Shown here: piece by piece, positions 1-8,595 of the stretch | Numbering within the stretch: the stretch's first letter is position 1 | How the letters are laid out: every line of letters starts with the position of its first letter | The notes under the pieces: model-generated | What the model was told of the DNA's origin: nothing | Seen by the model: the letters and a program-made list of their open reading frames with translations, nothing else | Database searches by the model: none | Assembly (NCBI GenBank): GCA_030649345.1 | Contig: JAUSKK010000036.1 | Location: 1-32,000 of the forward strand | DNA from: Candidatus Iainarchaeum sp. | GTDB lineage: Archaea; Iainarchaeota; Iainarchaeia; Iainarchaeales; 0-14-0-20-34-12 | Length of the DNA: 32,000 bases | Direction of reading: 5' to 3' | Position numbers and translations under genes: made by a program

Positions 1-248
1 AGGAACTCAAAAAAATTCAAGATGAAATGCTGTCCGATTTGAATAGCATGACATCCAAAAATTTAAAGTATATGTTTATCACACTGCCCATTTTTTTAGG
101 AGTATTTTGGGTATTGGGAAGTATTTACGAAAAAGACGTAATTACAGTAATTCCAAATTTTCCATTAAATTGGACTTGGTATTATATTTTGTGTGTAATC
201 GCAGTTTCCATTGTATTGGGAATTGTTAAAAATAAAAACAAAAAATAA
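1..248 (+). CDS. C-terminal part of a membrane protein entering from upstream of the window (possibly archaeal DUF106/YidC-Oxa1-like insertase)
   Basis: The frame of ORF 27..248 stays open back to nt 3. A charged helix (ELKKIQDEM) is followed by two hydrophobic segments and a KNKNKK tail. Its position just upstream of L34e/L14e fits the usual archaeal neighbourhood of DUF106 proteins (from memory, not searched). Confidence 0.5.
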   Translation, partial: ELKKIQDEMLSDLNSMTSKNLKYMFITLPIFLGVFWVLGSIYEKDVITVIPNFPLNWTWYYILCVIAVSIVLGIVKNKNKK

Positions 249-259
249 AGGAAATTTTT

Positions 260-607
260 ATGGTTCAACCAAAAGATCGCGGAAGAAAACAAAAAAGAGT
301 GCAAACGCCCGGCGGACGAAATGTTCTTCGAATTATTGAAGCTAAAAAAGGAAAGGCTCATTGTGCTGAATGCCATACAGCCTTACGCGGAGTAGTCACT
401 GGCAGAAAAGCATTCAAGTTTTCTAAAACCGAAAAAAGACCTGAAGCATTGTTTGCTGGAAAATTATGTAATTCCTGCAGAATTAAATACGTAGAAGAAG
501 CCTTGAAGGTAAAAACAGGCGTTAAAGACTTGAATCATATAAATATTACGTACCAAAAGTATGTAACTCAAATATTGAATCAAATTGAAAAAATGGAAAA
601 AAGGTAA
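260..607 (+). CDS. rpl34e: 50S ribosomal protein L34e
   Basis: N-terminus MVQPKDRGRKQKRVQTPGGR and a CAEC...CNSC zinc-ribbon pattern typical of L34e. Confidence 0.85.
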   Translation: MVQPKDRGRKQKRVQTPGGRNVLRIIEAKKGKAHCAECHTALRGVVTGRKAFKFSKTEKRPEALFAGKLCNSCRIKYVEEALKVKTGVKDLNHINITYQKYVTQILNQIEKMEKR

Positions 608-667
608 GATTATGATTTTAAATTTCAGAAATTTAAAAGCTTTTAGAATTCTAAGGAGGAATTTTAA

Positions 668-895
668 ATGAAAGTTATGGATATTGGCCGGATTTGTTAC
701 AAAATGACTGGACGAAATGCTGCAGAAAAAGTAGTGATTGTAGAAACTCACACACCCAGCCAAGTCAGTATTGTGGGAGCTCAAACCAAAAAACAGCCGT
801 GCAATATTTTTCATTTATGGCCAACTGAACAAGTTGTAAAAATTAGCAAAGGCGCAGACCAAAAAGAAGTCATTGCAGCTTTAAAGAAAAAATGA
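668..895 (+). CDS. rpl14e: 50S ribosomal protein L14e
   Basis: 75 aa with a KOW-like GRICYKMTGRNAAEKVVIVE segment. An AGGAGG SD sits 8 nt upstream. Confidence 0.85.
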   Translation: MKVMDIGRICYKMTGRNAAEKVVIVETHTPSQVSIVGAQTKKQPCNIFHLWPTEQVVKISKGADQKEVIAALKKK

Positions 896-905
896 GGAAA
901 TGTAA

Positions 906-1409
906 ATGGTTACAGAAAAACAAGAATTAAGATTGATTGTCCGAATTGCCAGCAGAGATTTAGATGGACGAAAGCCAATCTATCACGCTATCCGAAAAAT
1001 TAAAGGAATTAGCCACCGCTATGGTTTAACTGCAGCCAAATTATTTGAAAAAGAAACAGGAATTAAATACAATCAAATGCTGGGAAATATTCCAGAAGAC
1101 CTGGATAAAAAATTAGAAGATATTATTTCAAATCCAGTAAATTACGGTATACCGGAATGGATGTTTAACCGAAGAAGAGATTTCAGCAAAAACAAAATTG
1201 CTCACGTAATTGCCGGAGATTTAGAATTTGCAACATTGCAAGACATTAAGCGAATGAATGAAACTAAAAGTTATAAAGGATTAAGACACAGCTGGGGTTT
1301 AACTTTGCGCGGACAACGTACCAAAACCAGTGGAAGAAAAAGAGGTACCAGTGTAGGTGTAGCTAAAACAGACGCAAAGAAAACAGCAGCACCGGCTGCT
1401 GCCAAGTAA
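906..1409 (+). CDS. rps13: 30S ribosomal protein S13 (S18e)
   Basis: LRLIVRIASRDLDGRKPIYHAIRKIKGI and a basic C-terminus. It lies in the conserved S13-S4-S11-RpoD order. Confidence 0.9.
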   Translation: MVTEKQELRLIVRIASRDLDGRKPIYHAIRKIKGISHRYGLTAAKLFEKETGIKYNQMLGNIPEDLDKKLEDIISNPVNYGIPEWMFNRRRDFSKNKIAHVIAGDLEFATLQDIKRMNETKSYKGLRHSWGLTLRGQRTKTSGRKRGTSVGVAKTDAKKTAAPAAAK

Positions 1410-1429
1410 AAATAAAATGGTGATATGAT

Positions 1430-2068
1430 TTGGGAGATCCAACACATAATAAGAAAAAATACCAAAGTCCTGGAAAAATGTGGGACAAGCAAAGAATTGA
1501 AGACGAAAAACGTTTAAAAGAAAAATACGGCTTGGTCAACAACGAAGAAATTTGGAAAGCTCAAACTAAAGTTGGAACCAAAAGAACCAATGCCAGAAAA
1601 TTATTGGCTTTAACTTTAGACGAACGATTAAAACGAGAAAAAGAATTAATTGCCAGCTTAGAACGCATTGGATTAATTTCCCAGCAAGCCACCTTAGATG
1701 ATGTCTTGGGATTAAAAGTAGAAGATTTTTTGGAACGCAGATTGCAGAGCATTGTATGGAGAAAAGGTTTAGCTTTAACAGCTAAACAAGCCAGACAATT
1801 TATTACGCATGGAAAAGTAAGCGTCAATGGAAATCGAATCAATGCACCTGGATATTTAGTTCAAAAAACAGAAGAGGATAGCATCAAGTTTTACGGAGCA
1901 CCCGTAGAATTAATTCGGGCAAAAAAAGAAGATACCAAGAAAAAGTTTGAAGAAATCAATGAAGACTTAAAAAAGTCCAAAATTGAAAAAGCAGTTATAG
2001 AAGAAGTTGCAGAAGAAGTAAAAGAAATTGAAAAAGAAATCGAACAAGAGGTTGTTGTAAATGAGTAG
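1430..2068 (+). CDS. rps4: 30S ribosomal protein S4 (S9e), TTG start
   Basis: The (M)GDPTHNKKKYQSPGKMW N-terminus is typical of archaeal S4, and an S4 RNA-binding domain is present (RLQSIVWRKGLALTAKQARQFITHGKVSVNG). GGTGAT lies 5 nt upstream of the TTG. Confidence 0.9.
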   Translation: MGDPTHNKKKYQSPGKMWDKQRIEDEKRLKEKYGLVNNEEIWKAQTKVGTKRTNARKLLALTLDERLKREKELIASLERIGLISQQATLDDVLGLKVEDFLERRLQSIVWRKGLALTAKQARQFITHGKVSVNGNRINAPGYLVQKTEEDSIKFYGAPVELIRAKKEDTKKKFEEINEDLKKSKIEKAVIEEVAEEVKEIEKEIEQEVVVNE

Positions 2069-2453
2069 TAAATCCAAAGAAGGAATTGTGCATATTTATG
2101 CATCCCCCAACAATACATTAATGTTGCTGACAGATATTACTGGAGCTGAAACTATTGGAAAATGCACAGGCGGACAAGTAACCAAAGCACAGCACAAAGA
2201 AGGAGAACCTTACACAGCCATGAAAATTGCTGAAAAAATTGCAGACTTAGCTCGAGAAAAAGAAATATTTGAAGTCACAGTTAAAGTCCGAGGACCAGGC
2301 GGAATTCGAACCAAGACACCTGGAAAAGGAAGCGAAGCAGCCATTCGAAGTTTAACTCGAAATGGCCTACGCATTAAGTCTATCGAAAACGTAACACCCT
2401 CGCCGCACGATGGCTGCAGACGAAAGAAAAAATTTAGAGCAAGAAAAAAATAA
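2061..2453 (+). CDS. rps11: 30S ribosomal protein S11 (S14e)
   Basis: GIVHIYASPNNTLMLLTDITG and GPGGIRTKTPGKGSEAAIRSL motifs. It overlaps the S4 end by 8 nt. Confidence 0.9.
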   Translation: MSSKSKEGIVHIYASPNNTLMLLTDITGAETIGKCTGGQVTKAQHKEGEPYTAMKIAEKIADLAREKEIFEVTVKVRGPGGIRTKTPGKGSEAAIRSLTRNGLRIKSIENVTPSPHDGCRRKKKFRARKK

Positions 2454-2461
2454 AGAAAGGA

Positions 2462-3208
2462 ATGATTATGGAAATTAAAAAAATAAGCGAAGAAAATGGA
2501 ATTCTAAAATTGTTAATCAAAGATTTGGATTTAGGATATATGAATGCCATTCGAAGAACCGTTATGGAAGAAATACCTGTTTTAGCAATGGAAACCATTC
2601 GAATTTACGAAAACAATTCAATCATATTTGATGAATTTTTAGCCCACCGGTTGGGAATGCTGCCTATTATTTCAGATGTAAAAGAATACAAAAAAGGAGA
2701 TATTGCCAAATTCATGGTAGACAAAAAAGGGCCTTGCACAGTATACAGTCAAGATATTATTCCAGTGGATCCCAAAACAGAAATTGCTACCAAAAATATT
2801 CCATTAACCAAACTCAAAGAAGGTCAAAGCGTAAAAATGGAAATGGATGCTTTAGCTGGAACTGGAAAAATGCATACTAAATTCCAACCCGGAATTGTAG
2901 CCTATACACAATTGCCTAAAATTAAACAAATGAAAGGAAAACCAGAAAAAGTAGTTCAGGCTCATTCCACCGGTTTACTGGAAGTCAAATACAATAAAGT
3001 TATGGCCAAAAACGCATACGATTGGACACCCAGTGATTACGAAGAAATTATGAAAGATTCCAATTTAGAAATTGAATTTGAAGAAAACAGTTTTGTGGTC
3101 AATGTGGAAACCTCAGGCGCAATGGAAAATATTGAAATACTCAATGCAGCCATTGATGTATTAAACGAAAAAGTAGAAGAATTCCGAAAGGAGATTGCAA
3201 AAATATAA
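2462..3208 (+). CDS. rpoD: DNA-directed RNA polymerase subunit D (Rpo3)
   Basis: 248 aa with NAIRRTVMEEIPVLAMETIRIYENNSIIFDEFLAHRLGMLP, typical of the RpoD/Rpb3 family, in the conserved position after S11. The start could be 2468. Confidence 0.85.
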   Translation: MIMEIKKISEENGILKLLIKDLDLGYMNAIRRTVMEEIPVLAMETIRIYENNSIIFDEFLAHRLGMLPIISDVKEYKKGDIAKFMVDKKGPCTVYSQDIIPVDPKTEIATKNIPLTKLKEGQSVKMEMDALAGTGKMHTKFQPGIVAYTQLPKIKQMKGKPEKVVQAHSTGLLEVKYNKVMAKNAYDWTPSDYEEIMKDSNLEIEFEENSFVVNVETSGAMENIEILNAAIDVLNEKVEEFRKEIAKI

Positions 3209-3216
3209 TTGCTTGC

Positions 3217-3337
3217 GCAGGAGTACCCAAGCGGCCAACGGGGCAGGACTTAAGTTCAAAGAATATTTACAAAGGAGAGAAGCGATAAGTGATCCTGTGG
3301 CTTAGTGCATTCGAAGGTTCGAATCCTTCCTCCTGCA
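3217..3337 (+). tRNA. tRNA-Leu(UAA) with a 37-nt intron at the canonical 37/38 position, no encoded CCA
   Basis: Acceptor stem GCAGGAG/CTCCTGC. Anticodon stem CAGGA(3244-3248)/TCCTG(3293-3297). Loop CTTAAG..A with anticodon TAA at 3251-3253. T arm GAAGG-TTCGAAT-CCTTC (3313-3329). Long variable arm and discriminator A3337. Confidence 0.85.
3255..3291 (+). other. tRNA intron with bulge-helix-bulge-like splice motif
   Basis: A 4-bp helix CTTA(3249-3252)/TAAG(3286-3289) is flanked by 3-nt bulges AGT (3253-3255) and TGA (3290-3292). Removing 37 nt leaves an 84-nt class II tRNA. Confidence 0.7.
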
Positions 3338-3341
3338 CAGC

Positions 3342-3369
3342 CTTTTTTCCTTACGGAAAAAAGCCTGGG
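3342..3369 (+). terminator. Hairpin with T-run directly after the tRNA
   Basis: CTTTTTTCC-ttac-GGAAAAAAG, a 9-bp stem. An oligo-T tract is consistent with an archaeal termination signal. Confidence 0.4.
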
Positions 3370-3391
3370 GAAAAGTTAAGAACGTGATATT

Positions 3392-3757
3392 ATGGGTAAA
3401 ATACAATCTGTCAATAAAGAAACCATTGAATTGGTTAAAAAATTAAGACAAAAAACCAAAGAAAGTCAGCAAGGATTATGGAAAGACATAGCCAAACGTT
3501 TGGATCGAACGCGAAGATATATTGCTAAAGTCAATTTGGAAAAATTGGAAAAATTAGCTCAAAGCAATCCAGGAAAAATATTATTGGTCCCCGGAAAAGT
3601 CTTGGGCAAAGGAATATTGGTTCAAAAAGTAAAAATTGCAGCCATGGATTACAGTGCAAAAGCCAAAGCAGAAATTAACAAAAATGGAAAAGCAATCAGT
3701 TTAGAAGAATTAATGAACGGAAAAGATAAACCTTCCGATATTATAATTGTAAAATAA
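3392..3757 (+). CDS. rpl18e: 50S ribosomal protein L18e
   Basis: LWKDIAKRLDRTRR...GKILLVPGKVLGKG pattern, in the conserved position before L13-S9-RpoN. Confidence 0.85.
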   Translation: MGKIQSVNKETIELVKKLRQKTKESQQGLWKDIAKRLDRTRRYIAKVNLEKLEKLAQSNPGKILLVPGKVLGKGILVQKVKIAAMDYSAKAKAEINKNGKAISLEELMNGKDKPSDIIIVK

Positions 3758-3771
3758 GCGTTGTGAACTAT

Positions 3772-4257
3772 ATGGCAAACAAAGAAACAAAAAATAAAAA
3801 AATTGAAGTTAAAGAAACTGAAAAACTACAAAACAGAATTTTTATAGATGCTACCGGCCTTGTTTTAGGCCGAATGGCTAGCTTGACAGCACATAAAGCA
3901 TTGCGAAATATGACGATTGTAATTGTAAATGCAGAAAAAGCAGTCTTGAATGGAAATACCGAAAATTTATTTAAAAATTACAAAACAAAATTAGACTTAG
4001 AAGCTAAAGGAAATCCAGAAAAAGGACCTGAAATGAGTAAAATGCCGGATGCATTTGTCCGAAGAAGTATTCGCGGAATGTTACCTTACACGAGTACACG
4101 CGGTCAAGCTGCTTTTCGAAGAGTTCATGTATGCATTGGATTTCCCAAAAAATACCAAGGACAAAAAATGGAAGACTGGGCTCAAGCCAAAGCAAAGTAT
4201 TCTAGAAAATTTATTGAAATTGGAGAATTCTGCAAATTATTAGGAGCTAAATGGTGA
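3772..4257 (+). CDS. rpl13: 50S ribosomal protein L13
   Basis: IDATGLVLGRMASLTAHKAL...IVIVNAEKAVLNG is the L13 signature. The ORF opens at GTG 3763; ATG 3772 was chosen and the start remains uncertain. Confidence 0.85.
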   Translation: MANKETKNKKIEVKETEKLQNRIFIDATGLVLGRMASLTAHKALRNMTIVIVNAEKAVLNGNTENLFKNYKTKLDLEAKGNPEKGPEMSKMPDAFVRRSIRGMLPYTSTRGQAAFRRVHVCIGFPKKYQGQKMEDWAQAKAKYSRKFIEIGEFCKLLGAKW

Positions 4258-4712
4258 CGATAATGGTTGCTGAACGAAAAAAATTACGAAAACCCAGTCC
4301 AAAACAAAAAGAAAAAGGAATGACCGTAAAAGCCAAAAAAAAGACTGCACGAGCTAGAGCTTTGGTTAAAACAGGCAAAGGAAGAATTAGCATTAATCAA
4401 AAATCTTTAACCATCATAGAGCCCAGATATGTAAAAATGTTAATTGAAGAACCTTTAATTTTAGCACCCGAAGATTTAGTTTCAAGCATAGACATTCGAG
4501 TTAGTGTAATGGGCGGTGGATTTTCAGGACAAGCTGGAGCTGTACGCAGTGCCATTGCCAAAGCATTGATTTCCTATACAGGAGACGAAAAATTAAGAGA
4601 TCGATTTTTAGAATACGATCGAACATTATTGGTTGATGATGTGCGGCGCAAAGAAGCCAAAAAACCTTTAGGAAAAGGTGCACGAAAAAAGAAACAAAAA
4701 AGTAAACGATAA
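4251..4712 (+). CDS. rps9: 30S ribosomal protein S9 (S16e)
   Basis: GGGFSGQAGAVRSAIAKAL...DRTLLVDDVRRKEAKKPLGKGARKKKQKSKR is the S9 C-terminal signature. It overlaps the L13 stop. An alternative start is 4263. Confidence 0.9.
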   Translation: MVTIMVAERKKLRKPSPKQKEKGMTVKAKKKTARARALVKTGKGRISINQKSLTIIEPRYVKMLIEEPLILAPEDLVSSIDIRVSVMGGGFSGQAGAVRSAIAKALISYTGDEKLRDRFLEYDRTLLVDDVRRKEAKKPLGKGARKKKQKSKR

Positions 4713-4736
4713 ACAAAAAAAAGAAATGGTGAAAAA

Positions 4737-4931
4737 ATGATTATTCCAGTACGTTGTTTTTCTTGCGGAAAAGTAATTGGGGATTTATTTGAAAAATACC
4801 AAGAACAATTGAAAAACAATAAAAGCCCAGACAAAGTATTGGATGAGCTAGGCCTCAAACGATACTGCTGTCGAAGAATGATTGTAAGTCATTCCGATAT
4901 TATTGATGAATTTTTACGATACAATATTTAA
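4737..4931 (+). CDS. rpoN: DNA-directed RNA polymerase subunit N (Rpo10)
   Basis: [15 protein letters not shown]...[11 protein letters not shown] is the hallmark Rpb10/RpoN sequence. Confidence 0.9.
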   Translation: MIIPVRCFSCGKVIGDLFEKYQEQLKNNKSPDKVLDELGLKRYCCRRMIVSHSDIIDEFLRYNI

Positions 4932-4941
4932 TGGTGATAAA

Positions 4942-5589
4942 TTGAGCGAAACAGAAAACACATTGGTTGAAACAAAATTATACCTGCAAACCGGTTCCCA
5001 TATTGGAGCCAAATTTAAAACAGTTGGAATGAAAAAATTTATTTTCAAAAACAGACGAGATAAACTCAAAGTATTGGATGTTGCAACCATAGATGAACGC
5101 CTTCGAATTACAGCCAAATTTTTAGCCAGTTTTAATGCTCAAGAAATTGCAATTGTGTCCAGAAAACAATATGGTCAAAAACCAGTAGAAAAATTTGCTA
5201 AACTCACTGGAAGTCATGCGATCACAGGAAGATTTGTTCCTGGAACATTTACCAATCCAACAGCCAAAGAATTTGTTCAACCCAAAGTTTTAATGATCAC
5301 AGACCCAGATGCAGATGCTCAAGCCATTCAAGAAGCTCGCGGAATTCGTATTCCAATCATTGCATTATGCAGTACAGATAATGAAACCAAAAACTTGGAT
5401 TTAATCATTCCCATTAACAACAAAGGAAGACAAAGTTTGGCTTTAGCTTACTGGATTTTAGCTCAAGAATTCCTAAAACACAAAGGAATGCCAGCCATGA
5501 AAGAAAGCTTACAAGACTTCGAATTTCAGCTTAAAGAAGAGAAAAAAGACCTAAAACCAGCCCTACAACAAGCTACAATCCAAGAATAA
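4942..5589 (+). CDS. rps2: 30S ribosomal protein S2 (SAe), probable TTG start
   Basis: LQTGSHIGAKFKT...ITGRFVPGTFTNP...VLMITDPDADAQAIQEA are S2 motifs. The track ORF begins at 4903, inside rpoN. TTG 4942 is preceded by GGTGAT (4933-4938), as for S4 and ndk. Confidence 0.85.
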   Translation: MSETENTLVETKLYLQTGSHIGAKFKTVGMKKFIFKNRRDKLKVLDVATIDERLRITAKFLASFNAQEIAIVSRKQYGQKPVEKFAKLTGSHAITGRFVPGTFTNPTAKEFVQPKVLMITDPDADAQAIQEARGIRIPIIALCSTDNETKNLDLIIPINNKGRQSLALAYWILAQEFLKHKGMPAMKESLQDFEFQLKEEKKDLKPALQQATIQE

Positions 5590-5680
5590 GCAAAAAACCT
5601 AATTTTCTCACTGTAACCAGTAAATTTAAATACTTCGGCTTTCATAATTATAATATACTATTGTCTTTATCGGGTTAAAT

Positions 5681-6433
5681 ATGGCAGAATCTACTTTGTA
5701 TAGTTTATTGGAAAAACTTGGATTAACAGAATATGAATCCAAAACTTTGAACAGTTTATTTGAATTACGAGAAGCCAAGGCTCCTGAAATTAGCAGAAAT
5801 GCTCAAGTTCCTAAAACGCGGGTGTATGATGTCTTAGATGGTTTGGTTAAAAAAGGGCTGATTATTGAAATTCAAGGAAGACCTAAAAGATACCGAATTA
5901 TTGAAGCCAAAAAAACTTTGCAAAAATTAGTAGAAGAAAAGAAAAAAGAAATTGAAGGATTGCAATTTGAAATTGAAGCCATCCGAGAAGAAACTTTATT
6001 AGGTAAAAAAGGCCTGGACTTGGAAGGCGAAAAAGTAATGAAAGTCAAAGATCGAGAAGACTTTATTCGAATTTTAGCTCAAGAATTAGAAGAAGCCAAA
6101 GAAAGTATTTCTGGATTTACAGAATTAGATAAAGAACATGGAGCTTTAGCTAAAGCCATTGAAAAAATCAAAAACAACAATGTAAAAATAAAAATGATTC
6201 ACCATAAATCTCATGACAAAGTCAAAGAGTATGCCAAACATTCAGTGGAAAACAAACAATTCGATCACGGTTTAAATGCATTTATTGTAGATAATAAAAA
6301 AATAATTTTAGCTTTAAGCGACTTAAAACAAGAACGACCAGAATACTATTTTACAATCTGGAATCACAAACCTATGGCTAATTTGTTAACCAACCACTTT
6401 GATTCCTGCTGGCAAAAAGCCAAAAGTATTTAA
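5681..6433 (+). CDS. TrmB-family transcriptional regulator
   Basis: N-terminal wHTH LEKLGLTEYESKTLNSLFELREAKAPEISRNAQVPKTRVYDVLDGLVKKGLI, followed by a coiled coil and a C-terminal TrmB-like domain. Confidence 0.7.
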   Translation: MAESTLYSLLEKLGLTEYESKTLNSLFELREAKAPEISRNAQVPKTRVYDVLDGLVKKGLIIEIQGRPKRYRIIEAKKTLQKLVEEKKKEIEGLQFEIEAIREETLLGKKGLDLEGEKVMKVKDREDFIRILAQELEEAKESISGFTELDKEHGALAKAIEKIKNNNVKIKMIHHKSHDKVKEYAKHSVENKQFDHGLNAFIVDNKKIILALSDLKQERPEYYFTIWNHKPMANLLTNHFDSCWQKAKSI

Positions 6434-6514
6434 AGTTCAAATATCTAATTTTTTAAGCACTAACTGAATCTAATTTTCAAACAGATATATATATGAGAAA
6501 GCCATATCTTTTAT

Positions 6515-8557
6515 ATGAAATTTAAAATTGTATTTTTTGCAATTGCTCTAATTTTACTTTTAGGATGTACTCAGCCAAGTTCAGAAAATTCAACTCCCAG
6601 CGGACAAGCTGTTACTGGATTTGGAAATTCGTCCACAGTTCCAGTCATTAAAACCATTGTAATATACAATAACAATATAGGAGAAAGCTTACGCGATTTT
6701 ACCAGTCCTTTATGGCCAAAAACAGAAGACTGCTTAACACAAGCATGCATAGATGGAAGAACTACCAAACCAGACTTTAAATTTTTAGCAGGATTGCCTG
6801 CAAGCACGCCAGGATATGGTTATGCGAATGTACAATTCAATGGCTGGGCTAACAAAGGAGAAAGATTTACAACATTCACAGCAGGAGATGGAGTTAGTGC
6901 AACTTCTGGATCTGCTCAAGGAATTGTATACAAAGACGATGCAGGATTTGAACACAAAGTTCCGTTCTATTATACTTTGACTTCAATGTCTCAAGGCGGA
7001 AGTACATTCACTTTAGATGGTGCAACTTTCTATTACAAAGTAAGCACAGCTGATGTAAACTTTATTTTAACAGGAGATTTTGTATTAAACGGTTTTTCCG
7101 GGAATCTTACCAGAGATGGAAATCAAATTAGATTAAACACAGACAGAGGACCTTTGAATATCCCAAGTTATCCATACACAGTAAATGTAGATATTCGCAA
7201 AGTTAATTATACTTGTACAAGAATTGGAACTACATTTGCATTAAATTGCAATGCCGATGCAAACATGTCCATTACAACCAATGGAAGAACTTTCAGTCCA
7301 ACTCCAAGCTATGCAGACCTAATCACAGACGGAACCATTTACTTGGATGATGGAAACTTAATAAACAAAACAGGAATCTTTGGTGAAAGAAACAACATTA
7401 TTTGGATTACTTCAACAGTTGGAATGAATAATCAAATTTACGGTTATACACCTTACATTAATGAAACTCAAGGAAGAGTTTACCTGTTATTAGCACATCA
7501 AAATTTTATATCAACCGAAAACTCAAACTCTTACGGTTTTAGATTCTCAGGAACAGATACAGGAGAAGATGGAATCACTGATGTTGGGTTTTACTGGCTG
7601 GACAATATAGAATTACCTAAATTTGAAGGAAGTTCTACCAGTAACCGCCAAGATTACAACACAAATAGATCTCCACCCAGCGGAGATTCTTCCGATAATT
7701 ATAATTTCATTGCACAATTTGAAGTAGATACCGACAAAGACAGCATATACGATACAAAAATATACATAGACACAGCTACAGGAAAACCAATACAATTACC
7801 CAACACCAACTTAAGCACTTATACAGCAGATGTAAATTATAGAAAAGAAACTCAAAACTGGGGACTGTCTGCACGCACAGATATTCCGGTTTTACAAAAA
7901 GCATGGACTGATTACGGGAGCAAACTAGAAGTTACACCCAATCAATTCAAAGCCACAATTCCAGATAAGCGAAGAAAAATTGAATTCAAAGTATTGGGAA
8001 ATACAGGCACATCTGAAACTGCTTGGATTTACGATACCCAAAATTTAGATTCGCGCAATCAAAGAAGAGAATTGGTAAACAAAATTTTAAAGAAAGCACA
8101 ATTACCTTATTTAGTAGATCTAATAAAAACGCAGACTCATAATGGAAGTCCCTATAAAGAAAAAGTTACAGAAAGCATCAAACTAAACGGAGACGCATTA
8201 TTTGATTATGTTCGAACTATGATTGCAAATACAGTTACATCCATGCCTAGAATTAAAGATTTTTCTTACACAATCACATTCCAAAAAGGATTACCTATGG
8301 TCAATGATCCAACAACAGGAACACGCAGCGGAAGCTTTGTAGATGGAACTGATGATACCATCAGTGTTCCATTATTTGGCAAAAATTATACTTTAAAAGA
8401 AAGCAAACTCACACCAATACCAGAAATTACATTAATCGATGAATCTGGAAATACACTCAAATTAGTTCACGGACAAGCATTCCCTGCAAGCATGGATGTA
8501 AACGCAACCAATGATGCCAGCGATGACTATTGGAAAGTTGAACTCAATTTTAGATAA
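6515..8557 (+). CDS. Large secreted surface protein with lipobox-type signal peptide (S-layer/adhesin-like, function unknown)
   Basis: MKFKIVFFAIALILLLGC gives a signal peptide plus an LLGC lipobox. The 680-aa protein is rich in T/S/N/G, has many N-x-S/T sequons and has no further TM segment. Confidence 0.6.
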   Translation: MKFKIVFFAIALILLLGCTQPSSENSTPSGQAVTGFGNSSTVPVIKTIVIYNNNIGESLRDFTSPLWPKTEDCLTQACIDGRTTKPDFKFLAGLPASTPGYGYANVQFNGWANKGERFTTFTAGDGVSATSGSAQGIVYKDDAGFEHKVPFYYTLTSMSQGGSTFTLDGATFYYKVSTADVNFILTGDFVLNGFSGNLTRDGNQIRLNTDRGPLNIPSYPYTVNVDIRKVNYTCTRIGTTFALNCNADANMSITTNGRTFSPTPSYADLITDGTIYLDDGNLINKTGIFGERNNIIWITSTVGMNNQIYGYTPYINETQGRVYLLLAHQNFISTENSNSYGFRFSGTDTGEDGITDVGFYWLDNIELPKFEGSSTSNRQDYNTNRSPPSGDSSDNYNFIAQFEVDTDKDSIYDTKIYIDTATGKPIQLPNTNLSTYTADVNYRKETQNWGLSARTDIPVLQKAWTDYGSKLEVTPNQFKATIPDKRRKIEFKVLGNTGTSETAWIYDTQNLDSRNQRRELVNKILKKAQLPYLVDLIKTQTHNGSPYKEKVTESIKLNGDALFDYVRTMIANTVTSMPRIKDFSYTITFQKGLPMVNDPTTGTRSGSFVDGTDDTISVPLFGKNYTLKESKLTPIPEITLIDESGNTLKLVHGQAFPASMDVNATNDASDDYWKVELNFR

Positions 8558-8595
8558 TCGATAACCATTAATACTTTATTTCCCTAATTTTAAAT

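Noticed and set aside
615-669. Direct repeat ATTTTAAAT (615-623 / 661-669) as another junction duplication; also GAATTTTAAATGAA shared between 659-672 and 17263-17276
   Set aside because: The shared string is the common SD-spacer-ATG context of this genome (GGAGG/GGTGA-ATTTTAA-ATG). It is very AT-rich, so chance or functional convergence is more likely than mobility.
464-814. Antisense ORFs in the track (for example 464..814, 1561..1842, 11062..11436, 11150..11461, 13148..13612, 22558..22887, 25619..25969, 26920..27225)
   Set aside because: All lie opposite well-supported conserved genes. They have low-complexity or Cys/Phe/Ser-rich shadow-frame composition and no SD or start context. They are typical shadow ORFs.
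4903-4941. N-terminal extensions of S2 (4903), ndk (11430), the PIN protein (16107), RpoE' (16632), S15 (30506), ValRS (26793) and L13 (3763) given by the track
   Set aside because: The extensions overlap upstream genes, repeats or hairpins, and lack similarity to the conserved N-termini. Downstream starts with SD boxes fit better.
6493-6525. 10-codon uORF MRKPYLLYEI overlapping the start of the surface-protein gene
   Set aside because: It has no SD and AT-rich sequence, and the overlap is out of frame with no coupling signal. It is most likely fortuitous.
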